A stretch of DNA of 55,483 nucleotides from a virus (lineage: Duplodnaviria; Caudoviricetes), in the IMG/VR virus record IMGVR_UViG_3300015192_000002, positions 1-55,483 of that record; one strand, given 5' to 3'. Below, piece after piece: positions 27,038 through 35,032 of this stretch; the stretch's first letter is position 1, and each line of letters begins with the position of its first letter. The notes beneath the pieces were generated by a model, which did no database searches, was not told where the DNA came from, and was given only the letters and a program-made list of their open reading frames with translations. A program made the position numbers and the translations under genes.

Positions 27038-28276
27038 ATGGGACGGTCCTTTGGCTTTGACTGGAGCGCACCCGGAAGAGTTGAGCGCATCGTGGCGCTG
27101 CGGCTTTCCGGGAAGATGTGGTTTGAGATCGCGCAGCTCATCTCCTCCGAATGGAACGAGCCTGTCCGCGAGAGCCAGGTCAGGGCCGCCTATCGGCAGG
27201 CGCGGATCGATGGACGTGCCGGAGGCATGGGGAGCGAGTCGCCGAAGGGCGCGCCGTCGGTCGCACCGAAGGCCGCAAGCCCCGCGCCTCCGGCGCACAT
27301 CGGACAAGACGCGACGTTGACACCGGCGGCAAGACCGAGCGCTGTAGAACCGGCTCCGCCAGTCGCAAGGACTGCGACTCCGCCTCCGCCGCCAGACGAC
27401 TGCGAGATCGTGGAGGAGGAGGATTTACTAACGGCTCCGGCTGGGCAAGGAGCGTTGCCTAGTGCGCACACACCTATACCGCCAGTGAGTATCCGCGCAG
27501 AGCGAACAGCAGCGGACGCCGCGCGGCCCGAGGCGCCGTTCATCCGCACGAGCCGGACGAAGGGCGAGGCATACCTCATCATCCCGGATACCCAGGACCC
27601 ATACGCGGCCCCGGGATGGCTGTCCTTCGCTCGCGCGGTCGCTGCCGAGGAGGGAGTCGACGTCAACGAACCCGGCCGGGTGCTGCACACCGGAGACGAG
27701 GCGGACCAGTACCACGCCAGCATGTTCGATCACGATCCGGACTCGCCGCACACCCCGAAGGGCGAGCTCCGGGCGTACCGTGAGCGCGTCGCCGAAACCG
27801 CCGCCGTCTTCCCGCACATGCTGCTCGCTGCCTCGAATCACGGCGACCGATGGAAGAAGCGCGCGCTGCACTGCGGCTTCCCTGCCGAGCTGTTCCGGCT
27901 CTGGGCCGAGGTCATCGGAGCCCCGCCCGGCTGGCGATGGGATCGGAAGTGGCGCATCCCGGCGAGCAAGCGGCCCTTCCTCCTCGAGCATGGCGACTGG
28001 GGCGCGCAGGGCCTCAACGGGACCCGCCAGCGCGTGCTGGACAACGGCATCCCCACAGCCCACGGCCACCAGCATTCGACGGCTGCAGTCGTCTGGGTGG
28101 CTACGATCCATCGCCCGCAGGAGTGGGGCATGAACGCTGCGTGCCTGATCGACGTCGATGCGAAGGCCTTCGACTATGGGCGAGCGTCGCGGTTTCAGCC
28201 GACGCGCGGCATCGGAGCCGTGAGAGACGGCGGGAGGATGCCGGTCTGGTATCCGTACGGTGGAACGTGGCCGTAG
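27038..28276 (+). CDS. Calcineurin-like metallophosphoesterase with N-terminal HTH and Pro-rich linker
   Basis: PDTQ, GDEAD, SNH, EHGD, GHQH motifs; GGAGG RBS. Confidence 0.85.
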   Translation: MGRSFGFDWSAPGRVERIVALRLSGKMWFEIAQLISSEWNEPVRESQVRAAYRQARIDGRAGGMGSESPKGAPSVAPKAASPAPPAHIGQDATLTPAARPSAVEPAPPVARTATPPPPPDDCEIVEEEDLLTAPAGQGALPSAHTPIPPVSIRAERTAADAARPEAPFIRTSRTKGEAYLIIPDTQDPYAAPGWLSFARAVAAEEGVDVNEPGRVLHTGDEADQYHASMFDHDPDSPHTPKGELRAYRERVAETAAVFPHMLLAASNHGDRWKKRALHCGFPAELFRLWAEVIGAPPGWRWDRKWRIPASKRPFLLEHGDWGAQGLNGTRQRVLDNGIPTAHGHQHSTAAVVWVATIHRPQEWGMNAACLIDVDAKAFDYGRASRFQPTRGIGAVRDGGRMPVWYPYGGTWP

Positions 28277-28572
28277 CCAAAAAGAAGAAGGCGGCCGAGG
28301 AAGAGGGGGCGGCCAAGAAGCAGGTCGAGACGGACCGACGCGAGGACGAGCGCCACCGCGCCGACGTGGCACTGAGCCTCGCGAGCGTCTTCTGGCACCT
28401 CACCCAGGACAACGGCGTCGGCCCGGCAGAGAGAGACGTGCTCGGCATGATCATGCACCGCCTGCGCGACGTGCTGCGGGATGGTCCGTGCCCGGCGTGC
28501 ATGGAGATCGCCCTCGGAAAGCAACTCGACAGCGACATGCGGCGCGACATCCCGGCGGAGGCGAAGAAATGA
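28267..28572 (+). CDS. Hypothetical protein
   Basis: Overlaps both neighbours; CPAC. Confidence 0.5.
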   Translation: MAVAKKKKAAEEEGAAKKQVETDRREDERHRADVALSLASVFWHLTQDNGVGPAERDVLGMIMHRLRDVLRDGPCPACMEIALGKQLDSDMRRDIPAEAKK

Positions 28573-29114
28573 GCCACCGCCTATTCTGCATCGTCGGCGC
28601 CTCTGGTGTGGGGAAGACCACCCTCGCGCGCGGCCTCGCTCGCAACGGAGTCCCCGAGGTGGTCAGCCACACCAGCCGCCCGCCGAGGAGGGGCGAGATC
28701 GACGGCGTCGCCTACCGATTCGTCACCCCGGCTGACTTTGAAGAGCTGGTCTACCGAGGGTCGATGCTGGAGCATGTCACCTACGGAGGCCACTCCTACG
28801 GGGTCAGCAGGCTGGCCGTGGCGGATGCCCTCGCGGAAGGCCCTGCCTGCGTGGTGGTCGAGGCGAAGGGGGCAGCGCAGTTGAAGGGCGAGCTCGGCCC
28901 AACCGCCTGCGTCCTCTTCCTTGCCGCGCCAGCGCTCGACGTCCTGCGGCTGCGGATGGCTGCTCGCGGAGACTCAGCAGCGGCGATCGAGGCGAGGCTC
29001 GCGACGGTGGACGCGGAAGTGAGCGCAGGCCTGCGGGTGGCCGAGCATGTGATCTTCCCGGCGAGCGAGGCGGAGACGTTGCGGCGGGTGCTGAAGATCA
29101 TCGACGCGCAGTAG
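28569..29114 (+). CDS. gmk: Guanylate kinase-like protein
   Basis: GASGVGKT P-loop, SHTSRPPR.GE.DG..Y.FV, EH..Y.G..YG. Confidence 0.9.
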   Translation: MSHRLFCIVGASGVGKTTLARGLARNGVPEVVSHTSRPPRRGEIDGVAYRFVTPADFEELVYRGSMLEHVTYGGHSYGVSRLAVADALAEGPACVVVEAKGAAQLKGELGPTACVLFLAAPALDVLRLRMAARGDSAAAIEARLATVDAEVSAGLRVAEHVIFPASEAETLRRVLKIIDAQ

Positions 29115-29343
29115 CGGTCAGCCCACCACCTCGATCGCCAGCCAGCCCCAGTCGGCCTTCTGTTTGGCGCGCTCGATGGCCGCAGCGATGTCGTGGGCGC
29201 GGTCGGTGAGGACAGTGCGTACACGATCCGCCTGAACGTGCCGATGTGCCCATATAACTAGTAGCATCGGTCGCAGTCGGTCCTGAGTGATTCCGGCGCG
29301 TTGCACGGACGCATCCAGATTCGTCCAGACGCCAGATAAGGCC

Positions 29344-29373
29344 GGACGCGGGTTCGATTCCCGCCGCCTCCAC
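29344..29373 (+). other. attP core: copy of the tmRNA (ssrA) 3' end
   Basis: GGACGCGGGTTCGATTCCCGCCGCCTCCAC corresponds to the T-arm plus acceptor strand of tmRNA; located just downstream of int. Confidence 0.85.
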
Positions 29374-29381
29374 TCTGTTTT

Positions 29382-29654
29382 TCACTCTATGACTCGCTGC
29401 GGTGTACCCACCACTGTCCCCACCGCCGCGCTGGCCGGTTCAGCCGGGACGAGAACAACTCTCACGGGCGGCGCGTTCGGGCAGCCCCACGCCCGCCCGG
29501 ATGAGTGAAGGTGGGTTCCGGCGTGGCCGGAGCGAAGGCAGCAGCCGTAGCCGACTCCGTCCGCGCCCGGCCCCGACCAGACCCGGCAGCCACTTCCGCT
29601 GGGGGCGAAGAAAACGCCAACGCCATCCGCACTGGTCGGCCATTCGAGCGTCAT
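29382..29654 (-). CDS. Small Cys/His protein coupled to int
   Basis: ATGA overlap with the int stop; C.LRSGHAGTH motif. Confidence 0.45.
   Translation of the reverse strand: MTLEWPTSADGVGVFFAPSGSGCRVWSGPGADGVGYGCCLRSGHAGTHLHSSGRAWGCPNAPPVRVVLVPAEPASAAVGTVVGTPQRVIE
29403..29424 (+). repeat. Candidate integrase arm-type sites
   Basis: Tandem TGTACCCACC / TGTCCCCACC about 30 bp from the core. Confidence 0.55.
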
Positions 29655-30853
29655 CGTTTCGCCTTCGCGGCCACCGGCCGCCGCTGCACCTTGAGGCACT
29701 GCACCTGCGCGCACAGCCGCGCCCAGCCGAACGACGTGTAAGCCTCCATCACGTCTCGCCCCGCCCCGTGGGTACAAAGCCGCAGGATGTCCCGATCCGC
29801 GCCGTCCTCTCGCGCGAGCGTGATCGCGGTGCGCCTGGTGTCGTGCACCCGCCTCCCCGCCCAGCCGAACGCCTCCAGGTCCTTGCGCAGCCGCTTCCAT
29901 GAGTCGTGCTCCGAGCGCATCCCGCCGAACACGACGCGCCTGCCTCTGTTGGTGGGCCTTGGGTGCGGGACGATCAGATCATCTGCCGTCGGGGCACGGT
30001 CTTGCTGCGACGCCCAGCCTGAGAGCTTCCACTCGGCCAGCATCGCGGCGAGTACGGGGTGCAGCGGCATCCACCGCTCGACCTCGGTCTTGGTCGTGCC
30101 GTCGTCGTAGCTCGTCGCCACCACCATGCGCCCGAGCGGCTGCAGGCCGGTGACTAGGTGCCGCCAGCGCAGGCCCGCCGCCTCGCCGTGCCGGAGCATC
30201 CCGAGGAAGAGCAGGCCGTAGAACACGCGCCGGTCCCACGGCACCCGCTCATCGCTGATCAGCTGCTCCAACTCGTCGCGGGTGAAGATGGCCTGCGCGC
30301 GCCACTCCGTTTTCCCGTCGCGGATCTTACCGAGCTGGTGCGAGGTGAGGATGCACGGCGAGGCGTCGATCAGCCCGTCGATCTGCGCATCCCGAAAAAG
30401 CGACTTGAGGACGGAGTAGATGTTCCGCACCGTGCGCGGGGCTGGCGCTGGAATCGCGGCCCGCACGCCGCGGATCAGTTCTGCCACGTGCCGGGCGCGC
30501 ACGTCCTCGAGCGGCATCGAGCCGATCGCCGGGTAGACGTGCGTCGCGAGTCGCGACAGATCGTCATCCCAGGAGGCGATCCCGTCCGCCTTCCGGCGAG
30601 GCACCCAGCGCTCGCCGTAGCTCTCCACGGTGCACGCGGTGCCGGGGGCTATTCCCAACTCCAGCCCCGCGTCGAGGCGGTCCTGCGCGAGCCGGCGGAA
30701 GGCTGCGGCCTTCGCCCCGTCCGGATCGTCCGCGAGCATGTAGGGCGTCTTGAGTTTCTTCCAGCCGCCGCGCTTGCGCTCCACGGCGAGTCTCATCCAA
30801 AGCCGCTGACCACGAGCGGAGATGTACCTCGGCAGCTGCATTCTGCGCCTCAT
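29651..30853 (-). CDS. int: Tyrosine integrase
   Basis: APRTVRNIYSVL, LRHGEAAGLRW (R), TTKT (K), HDTRRT (HxxR), THG, MEAY (Y); start coupled to the xis stop. Confidence 0.93.
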   Translation of the reverse strand: MRRRMQLPRYISARGQRLWMRLAVERKRGGWKKLKTPYMLADDPDGAKAAAFRRLAQDRLDAGLELGIAPGTACTVESYGERWVPRRKADGIASWDDDLSRLATHVYPAIGSMPLEDVRARHVAELIRGVRAAIPAPAPRTVRNIYSVLKSLFRDAQIDGLIDASPCILTSHQLGKIRDGKTEWRAQAIFTRDELEQLISDERVPWDRRVFYGLLFLGMLRHGEAAGLRWRHLVTGLQPLGRMVVATSYDDGTTKTEVERWMPLHPVLAAMLAEWKLSGWASQQDRAPTADDLIVPHPRPTNRGRRVVFGGMRSEHDSWKRLRKDLEAFGWAGRRVHDTRRTAITLAREDGADRDILRLCTHGAGRDVMEAYTSFGWARLCAQVQCLKVQRRPVAAKAKR

Positions 30854-31215
30854 CTGCCCGTCCCTCGGGCATGGCGCAGAGACTTCTCCAACTCGCCCCG
30901 GATGTCCACCGGCACCGCCGACTTCTCGCCGGAGAGCCAGCACTGCAGGTCCCGCGCGTCGATCAGCCACTCTCGGCTACCGGCGGGCTTCTGGGCGCGC
31001 AGCTTCTTCGCCTTGATCGCGCGGCGCAGGGTATCGGGGTGCATGTTGCCGGCGAGCTGCGCGGCGTGGCGGATCTTGAGCCTGCCGGCCGGGAGGCGCG
31101 GGACCGGCGCGGGAACTGGCGTCGAGGCGGAGCACGCCGAGCGGATCGCGGCTTGACCCTCCGGGCTTTGCAGCGCGGCGATCATCTGCTCGCGCAGCGT
31201 CTCCTCAAAGCTCAT
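30850..31215 (-). CDS. xis: Excisionase-like HTH protein
   Basis: AAQL...HPDTLRRAIKAKKLRA.K.....WLID; adjacent to int. Confidence 0.75.
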   Translation of the reverse strand: MSFEETLREQMIAALQSPEGQAAIRSACSASTPVPAPVPRLPAGRLKIRHAAQLAGNMHPDTLRRAIKAKKLRAQKPAGSREWLIDARDLQCWLSGEKSAVPVDIRGELEKSLRHARGTGR

Positions 31216-31703
31216 CCGCGCCCCCGAATGTCCTTCGTCAGCCGAGGCCGGAAGGTGTAGCCCTGCCGCGCGCAGTGGGCCGCGAACCGGCGATCCCACT
31301 CCTCTCGGCTGGGCTCGTTCTCGGTCTTGGCCCGATGACAGGCGCGGCTCAAAAACCACGTCTCTTCGACGGAGATGTGCTGACGGCCGTAAAATTCGTC
31401 CCACTCCGGCGGGAAGAAGCCCCGGCCGACTGGCCACCCGCATCCGCACTCACACGCGCCCGCCGCTCGCGCCTCCACCTGTGGCCGCACGAGGGCAACA
31501 CGCCCCTTCCTGGTCAGCCGCTTTTCCTCTCGCCGCTCGCCCGTGCTCTTGAACGGCAGCACCTTCCGGATCTTCGGCCGCGGATGCAGGAATGCCACCG
31601 CCTCCCGTGCCCGAGAGACAAGACCAGCCGGCGCAGTCGCCAGCCCGGCGATCTCCTCCAGGACGCCACGGACAAGGCGGGCGCGGCCGGAAGTGAGCTT
31701 CAC
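31212..31703 (-). CDS. Degenerate HNH-like protein
   Basis: RAAGACECGC...WDEFYGR...LSRACHRAKT; start uncertain. Confidence 0.55.
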   Translation of the reverse strand: MKLTSGRARLVRGVLEEIAGLATAPAGLVSRAREAVAFLHPRPKIRKVLPFKSTGERREEKRLTRKGRVALVRPQVEARAAGACECGCGWPVGRGFFPPEWDEFYGRQHISVEETWFLSRACHRAKTENEPSREEWDRRFAAHCARQGYTFRPRLTKDIRGRG

Positions 31704-31762
31704 GGCCCCTCGCAGGGGCGATGCTGGCGGGCGGCGTGGGTCAAGCGGCCTCCAGAGGAGAC

Positions 31763-31791
31763 TTGACAAGCTGATATGCTTGTGCTATACT
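31763..31791 (+). promoter_or_regulatory. Near-consensus sigma70 promoter with an internal palindrome
   Basis: TTGACA-N17-TATACT, extended TG; inverted repeat ACAAGC-N6-GCTTGT. Confidence 0.85.
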
Positions 31792-31818
31792 CTGTGCATC
31801 GGTTGAAGGAGGGTGCAC

Positions 31819-32388
31819 ATGGGCGTTCCGATTCGAGAGTGGTACGCAAGAGTCAATTCCGTGTGGATGGGGCCGCTTCCGGTTCTGACCGAGCCGGAGG
31901 CGCGCACTGCCGCCAAGCGTCTCTGGCGGTGGGCTACCGGGAACGTGCTCCCGTACAGAATCGACTTCACGTCCGGCAGGCGCTACACATGGGAGCGCCG
32001 GGGCACACTCTACATCAACGCCGGCAAGGGCTGGTCCGACTTCGTGCACCTGATGTCTCATCTCGCGTGGAGGAAAACCAACGGCGCGGCTGTCCGAGGC
32101 CACGAGAGAGGACACGCCCAACTGGAACTTCGGATGCGGCGCGAGGTCCAGAAGCGCGGCTGGCTCGATGGATCGATGAGGAGAGAGGAGGCTGATGAGC
32201 CGGCGCCATCGGTTGCACCGTTGGAGGCCGCCCGCGAGGCCCGCGCCATCCAGGCTCAGAAGCGAGAGGCGCGAGTCCGGGCAGCATTCGAACTCGCGGA
32301 GAAGAGGCTGCTCTCTCAACAGCGTAGGCTCTCCATACTGCGCGCCAAGGTGCGCTACTACGATCGGAAGAAGGACGCCCATGTCTGA
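31819..32388 (+). CDS. Moron gene: zincin-like (HLMSH) protein with C-terminal coiled coil
   Basis: AAGGAGG RBS; GWSDFVHLMSH...GH. Confidence 0.7.
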   Translation: MGVPIREWYARVNSVWMGPLPVLTEPEARTAAKRLWRWATGNVLPYRIDFTSGRRYTWERRGTLYINAGKGWSDFVHLMSHLAWRKTNGAAVRGHERGHAQLELRMRREVQKRGWLDGSMRREEADEPAPSVAPLEAAREARAIQAQKREARVRAAFELAEKRLLSQQRRLSILRAKVRYYDRKKDAHV

Positions 32389-32572
32389 CAAGCCCACGTC
32401 ACACCGTCTGCTGATCACGGTGACGGAGCAGGAGCACCGGCTGATCGAGCGGGCGGCGAAGGCAGAGGCGGCGCAGCTCGGGCTCCGGCTCCCGGTGGCG
32501 ACGTACATCCGCCGGGCCGCCGTCCTGGCTGCCCAAGCCGCGCTCGCGATCACTTATCCGCCTCGGGGGTGA
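32381..32572 (+). CDS. Ribbon-helix-helix protein (DUF1778/MobC-like)
   Basis: RLLITVTEQEHRLIERAA...VATYIRRAA. Confidence 0.7.
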   Translation: MSDKPTSHRLLITVTEQEHRLIERAAKAEAAQLGLRLPVATYIRRAAVLAAQAALAITYPPRG

Positions 32573-32692
32573 GGGGAGGGGCGGGGGAACGAGCTCGCGG
32601 CTGAGATGAACCCCCCGTGGAGATGCCCCCGCAGCCGGGGCAAGGCTGGCCCTTGGGGATGCCGCCGCGCTTGGGCTGCTGGTGGGGGAGGG

Positions 32693-33202
32693 TCATGCGG
32701 CCTCGCTTTCGTTTTTCGGGAGCAGGAACAGCCCGCGCCACGTCCCCCACGCCTTCGTCACCGCGCCGGTTCCGGGGTAGAGGTCCGCCAGATCATCCTC
32801 GGGCCGCGCTCCGACCATTTCAAAGGCCCAATGGCAGACCTTCTCCGGCTTCGCGCCGGTCAGCCCGCGTCGCAGCGTGATCGATGCCTCCACCCAGTCG
32901 CGCATCACGAGGCGCTTGCTCACGACCGGCTTGCGGGCGGCCTTCACGATCACCGGCTCCCATGCATGGGCCACGGAGACGTTGCGCTTGAATGCTGCGA
33001 AGCCCTTGACCCACGCCATCACACGCGCCTCTGGCGGCAGCAGCGGCAGGACCACCTTCAGGCCCGGAACGTGAGTGTGCAGAACCCAGCCGTCGAAGTC
33101 CGCCTGCAACTGCGCGATCAGGGCGGCGTGGTCTACCTCCCGCTTCTCCGGGTAGAGGTGCGCGCAGCCAGGATAGGGCGGATCCGCGTAGCCGATTCTC
33201 AT
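32693..33202 (-). CDS. Small DNA amino-methyltransferase-like protein
   Basis: YADPPY, AWVK, WEPV, GAKP, DLYPGTGAV. Confidence 0.75.
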   Translation of the reverse strand: MRIGYADPPYPGCAHLYPEKREVDHAALIAQLQADFDGWVLHTHVPGLKVVLPLLPPEARVMAWVKGFAAFKRNVSVAHAWEPVIVKAARKPVVSKRLVMRDWVEASITLRRGLTGAKPEKVCHWAFEMVGARPEDDLADLYPGTGAVTKAWGTWRGLFLLPKNESEAA

Positions 33203-33639
33203 TCGCCAGCCTCTCCCTCATCCCCACCGCCGTCGGGGTTGATGCAGACGTGATCGGAGGGCGCAGGCTGATCGACCAGCGCTTCTGCGTCGGGGGGCAG
33301 CCGCCACAGCCCGAGCGCGCCCTTGCACTGGACCGGAACCTCCAGCACGCGCACCTCGTCCAGCAGCCAGCCGTAGTCGCCCACAAACCAGCGGTCGTCC
33401 GACTTCTCGACCACGCCCGTCACGCGCGCCGTCGCCACCACGGCCATCGACGGAAGCTCGCCCGGCGGCCGGATGCCCTGCGACAGAATCAGCGCGGCGT
33501 CGTCGCGCTTCTTCCCTGCGTGGATGGCGATCCGCTGCCCGATGATGCGGGCGGGGGGCGGCCAGTCTCGGTTCTCGATGCGCTTCCCGGCGTGGCAGAT
33601 GGCCCACGCCCAAGGCTGAATCAGCGTCAGCGCCAGCAT
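33199..33639 (-). CDS. ASCH domain protein
   Basis: ALTLIQPWA.AI..GK.IENR.W, RIAIHAG, KGALGLW. Confidence 0.88.
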   Translation of the reverse strand: MLALTLIQPWAWAICHAGKRIENRDWPPPARIIGQRIAIHAGKKRDDAALILSQGIRPPGELPSMAVVATARVTGVVEKSDDRWFVGDYGWLLDEVRVLEVPVQCKGALGLWRLPPDAEALVDQPAPSDHVCINPDGGGDEGEAGE

Positions 33640-33966
33640 CTACTTCCCCCTCGCGCGTCTCGGGCCGGTCCTGCCGCAGAAGCCGCACGGCAACTGGCGC
33701 ATCGCCTGCTCGATGATTTGGACGCGCGTGTTCAGCGCCGCCGCGATATTCGGATACCTCTCGGGCGTGACGCCGCGCCGTCCGTGCTCCACGTCGGACC
33801 AGTAGGGCGCGGACACGCCGATCTCTTCGGCCACTTCACGCAGCGTCTTGCCTGCCTCCTCCCGCAGCCATGTCAGGAACAAGCCCGGCGGAAGGCGCTC
33901 GGCCTCGACCATCGCCAGGGCGGTGTTGACGGTGCGCGGGCGCTCGATGTTGGGCCAAGTGACCAC
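33640..33966 (-). CDS. XRE-family HTH regulator
   Basis: LREEAGKTLREVAEEIGVSAPYWSDVEHGRR. Confidence 0.85.
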   Translation of the reverse strand: MVTWPNIERPRTVNTALAMVEAERLPPGLFLTWLREEAGKTLREVAEEIGVSAPYWSDVEHGRRGVTPERYPNIAAALNTRVQIIEQAMRQLPCGFCGRTGPRRARGK

Positions 33967-33968
33967 CG

Positions 33969-34328
33969 CTACTTCCCCCTCTCGCGGACGGGTAGGGCGC
34001 GGATGCGAGCGGCAATGCCGTCATCGCAGCGACAGGCGACATCGACACAGGCTGCCGCTCGCTCCCGCATCGCCTCCGCGCCTGCGAGGTAGGCGGCGTC
34101 GGCGCTCCGCGCGAGGGCGATCAGCTCCGGCGCTGCGTTGCGGAGGGCGACCAACGCGAGCGCATCAGGGTCGTCTGCTTCGACGGCACCCTCGGATTGC
34201 TCCCCGAAAAGGATCGTGGTCTTGTCCCCCGGCCCAACAAAGCCGTAGTCGATTCCCCACTCCCTCCAGACCCACGGCCCCGGTGTCGCCTCCGCGAGCA
34301 GCCGCTCCAGCGCGTCGAGGTCAATCAC
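33969..34328 (-). CDS. Ead/Ea22-like protein
   Basis: LDALERLLAEATPGPW...DA...VALRNAAPELI. Confidence 0.65.
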   Translation of the reverse strand: MIDLDALERLLAEATPGPWVWREWGIDYGFVGPGDKTTILFGEQSEGAVEADDPDALALVALRNAAPELIALARSADAAYLAGAEAMRERAAACVDVACRCDDGIAARIRALPVRERGK

Positions 34329-34485
34329 TTCGCACCTCTCGCGCGCCCGTAGCGGTCCAAGACGCCCAAGCCAAGGCGGAACATCGCAAGCGTCCCGATC
34401 ACGCCCACCTGCAGGCCGCCCATGAATCCTCCGGCTCGGACGCCCAGCAGGACGACGACCGCGTACAGGCACAAACGAACCACCG

Positions 34486-34728
34486 TCACTTCGCACCTCT
34501 CGCGCGGATGGCGGTGGCGGCCTGCGCGAGCGCCTCGCTGGCGGCGGTCGTGTACACCCGCAACCCCTCGGCCACCTTCGCGCACTCCTCCCTTTCGCTC
34601 TCGCGCACGCGGGCGAAGGCGGCGGCGATGTCCGCGATCTGGTCGCGCGTCTTGTCCTGCCACGCGATCTGGACGAGGCCGCGGTCGACGATCCTGTCCG
34701 CTTCCGTCACCACGGGCTCACTCGGCAT
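34486..34728 (-). CDS. Hypothetical protein
   Basis: EREECAKVAE...A.AIRARG motif common in phage early genes. Confidence 0.55.
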   Translation of the reverse strand: MPSEPVVTEADRIVDRGLVQIAWQDKTRDQIADIAAAFARVRESEREECAKVAEGLRVYTTAASEALAQAATAIRARGAK

Positions 34729-35032
34729 CGGTCTCCTCCTTCGCTGCGGGGGTGGGGGCATCCGGCTCTAGGACCGCGAAATACGCAGCGATTGTTTTCC
34801 ATTTCGCTGGCGTCAGCGGGGGGGCCACCCACAAGCAGAACCGAATGGCCTCGCTCGACACAGCGAGCACCGGCTGCTCGTTGACGGGGTAGTGTTGTGC
34901 GACTTCAAGGACGTACTTCTTGAAGTCCGCGAACACGACGCAGCCGTGACAGCCCTTCGAGATGTGAAATCCGGCGTTGAAGGCGTGCTCTGCCGTGACC
35001 GCCTCATACGCCTTGTGCAACAGGTCCAGCAT
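34718..35032 (-). CDS. Hypothetical protein
   Basis: Coupled to neighbours; lower GC. Confidence 0.45.
   Translation of the reverse strand: MLDLLHKAYEAVTAEHAFNAGFHISKGCHGCVVFADFKKYVLEVAQHYPVNEQPVLAVSSEAIRFCLWVAPPLTPAKWKTIAAYFAVLEPDAPTPAAKEETDAE

Noticed and set aside
29280-29376. Complete tRNA or tmRNA gene
   Set aside because: Only the T-arm and 3' acceptor strand are present; no matching 5' end, tag reading frame or cloverleaf
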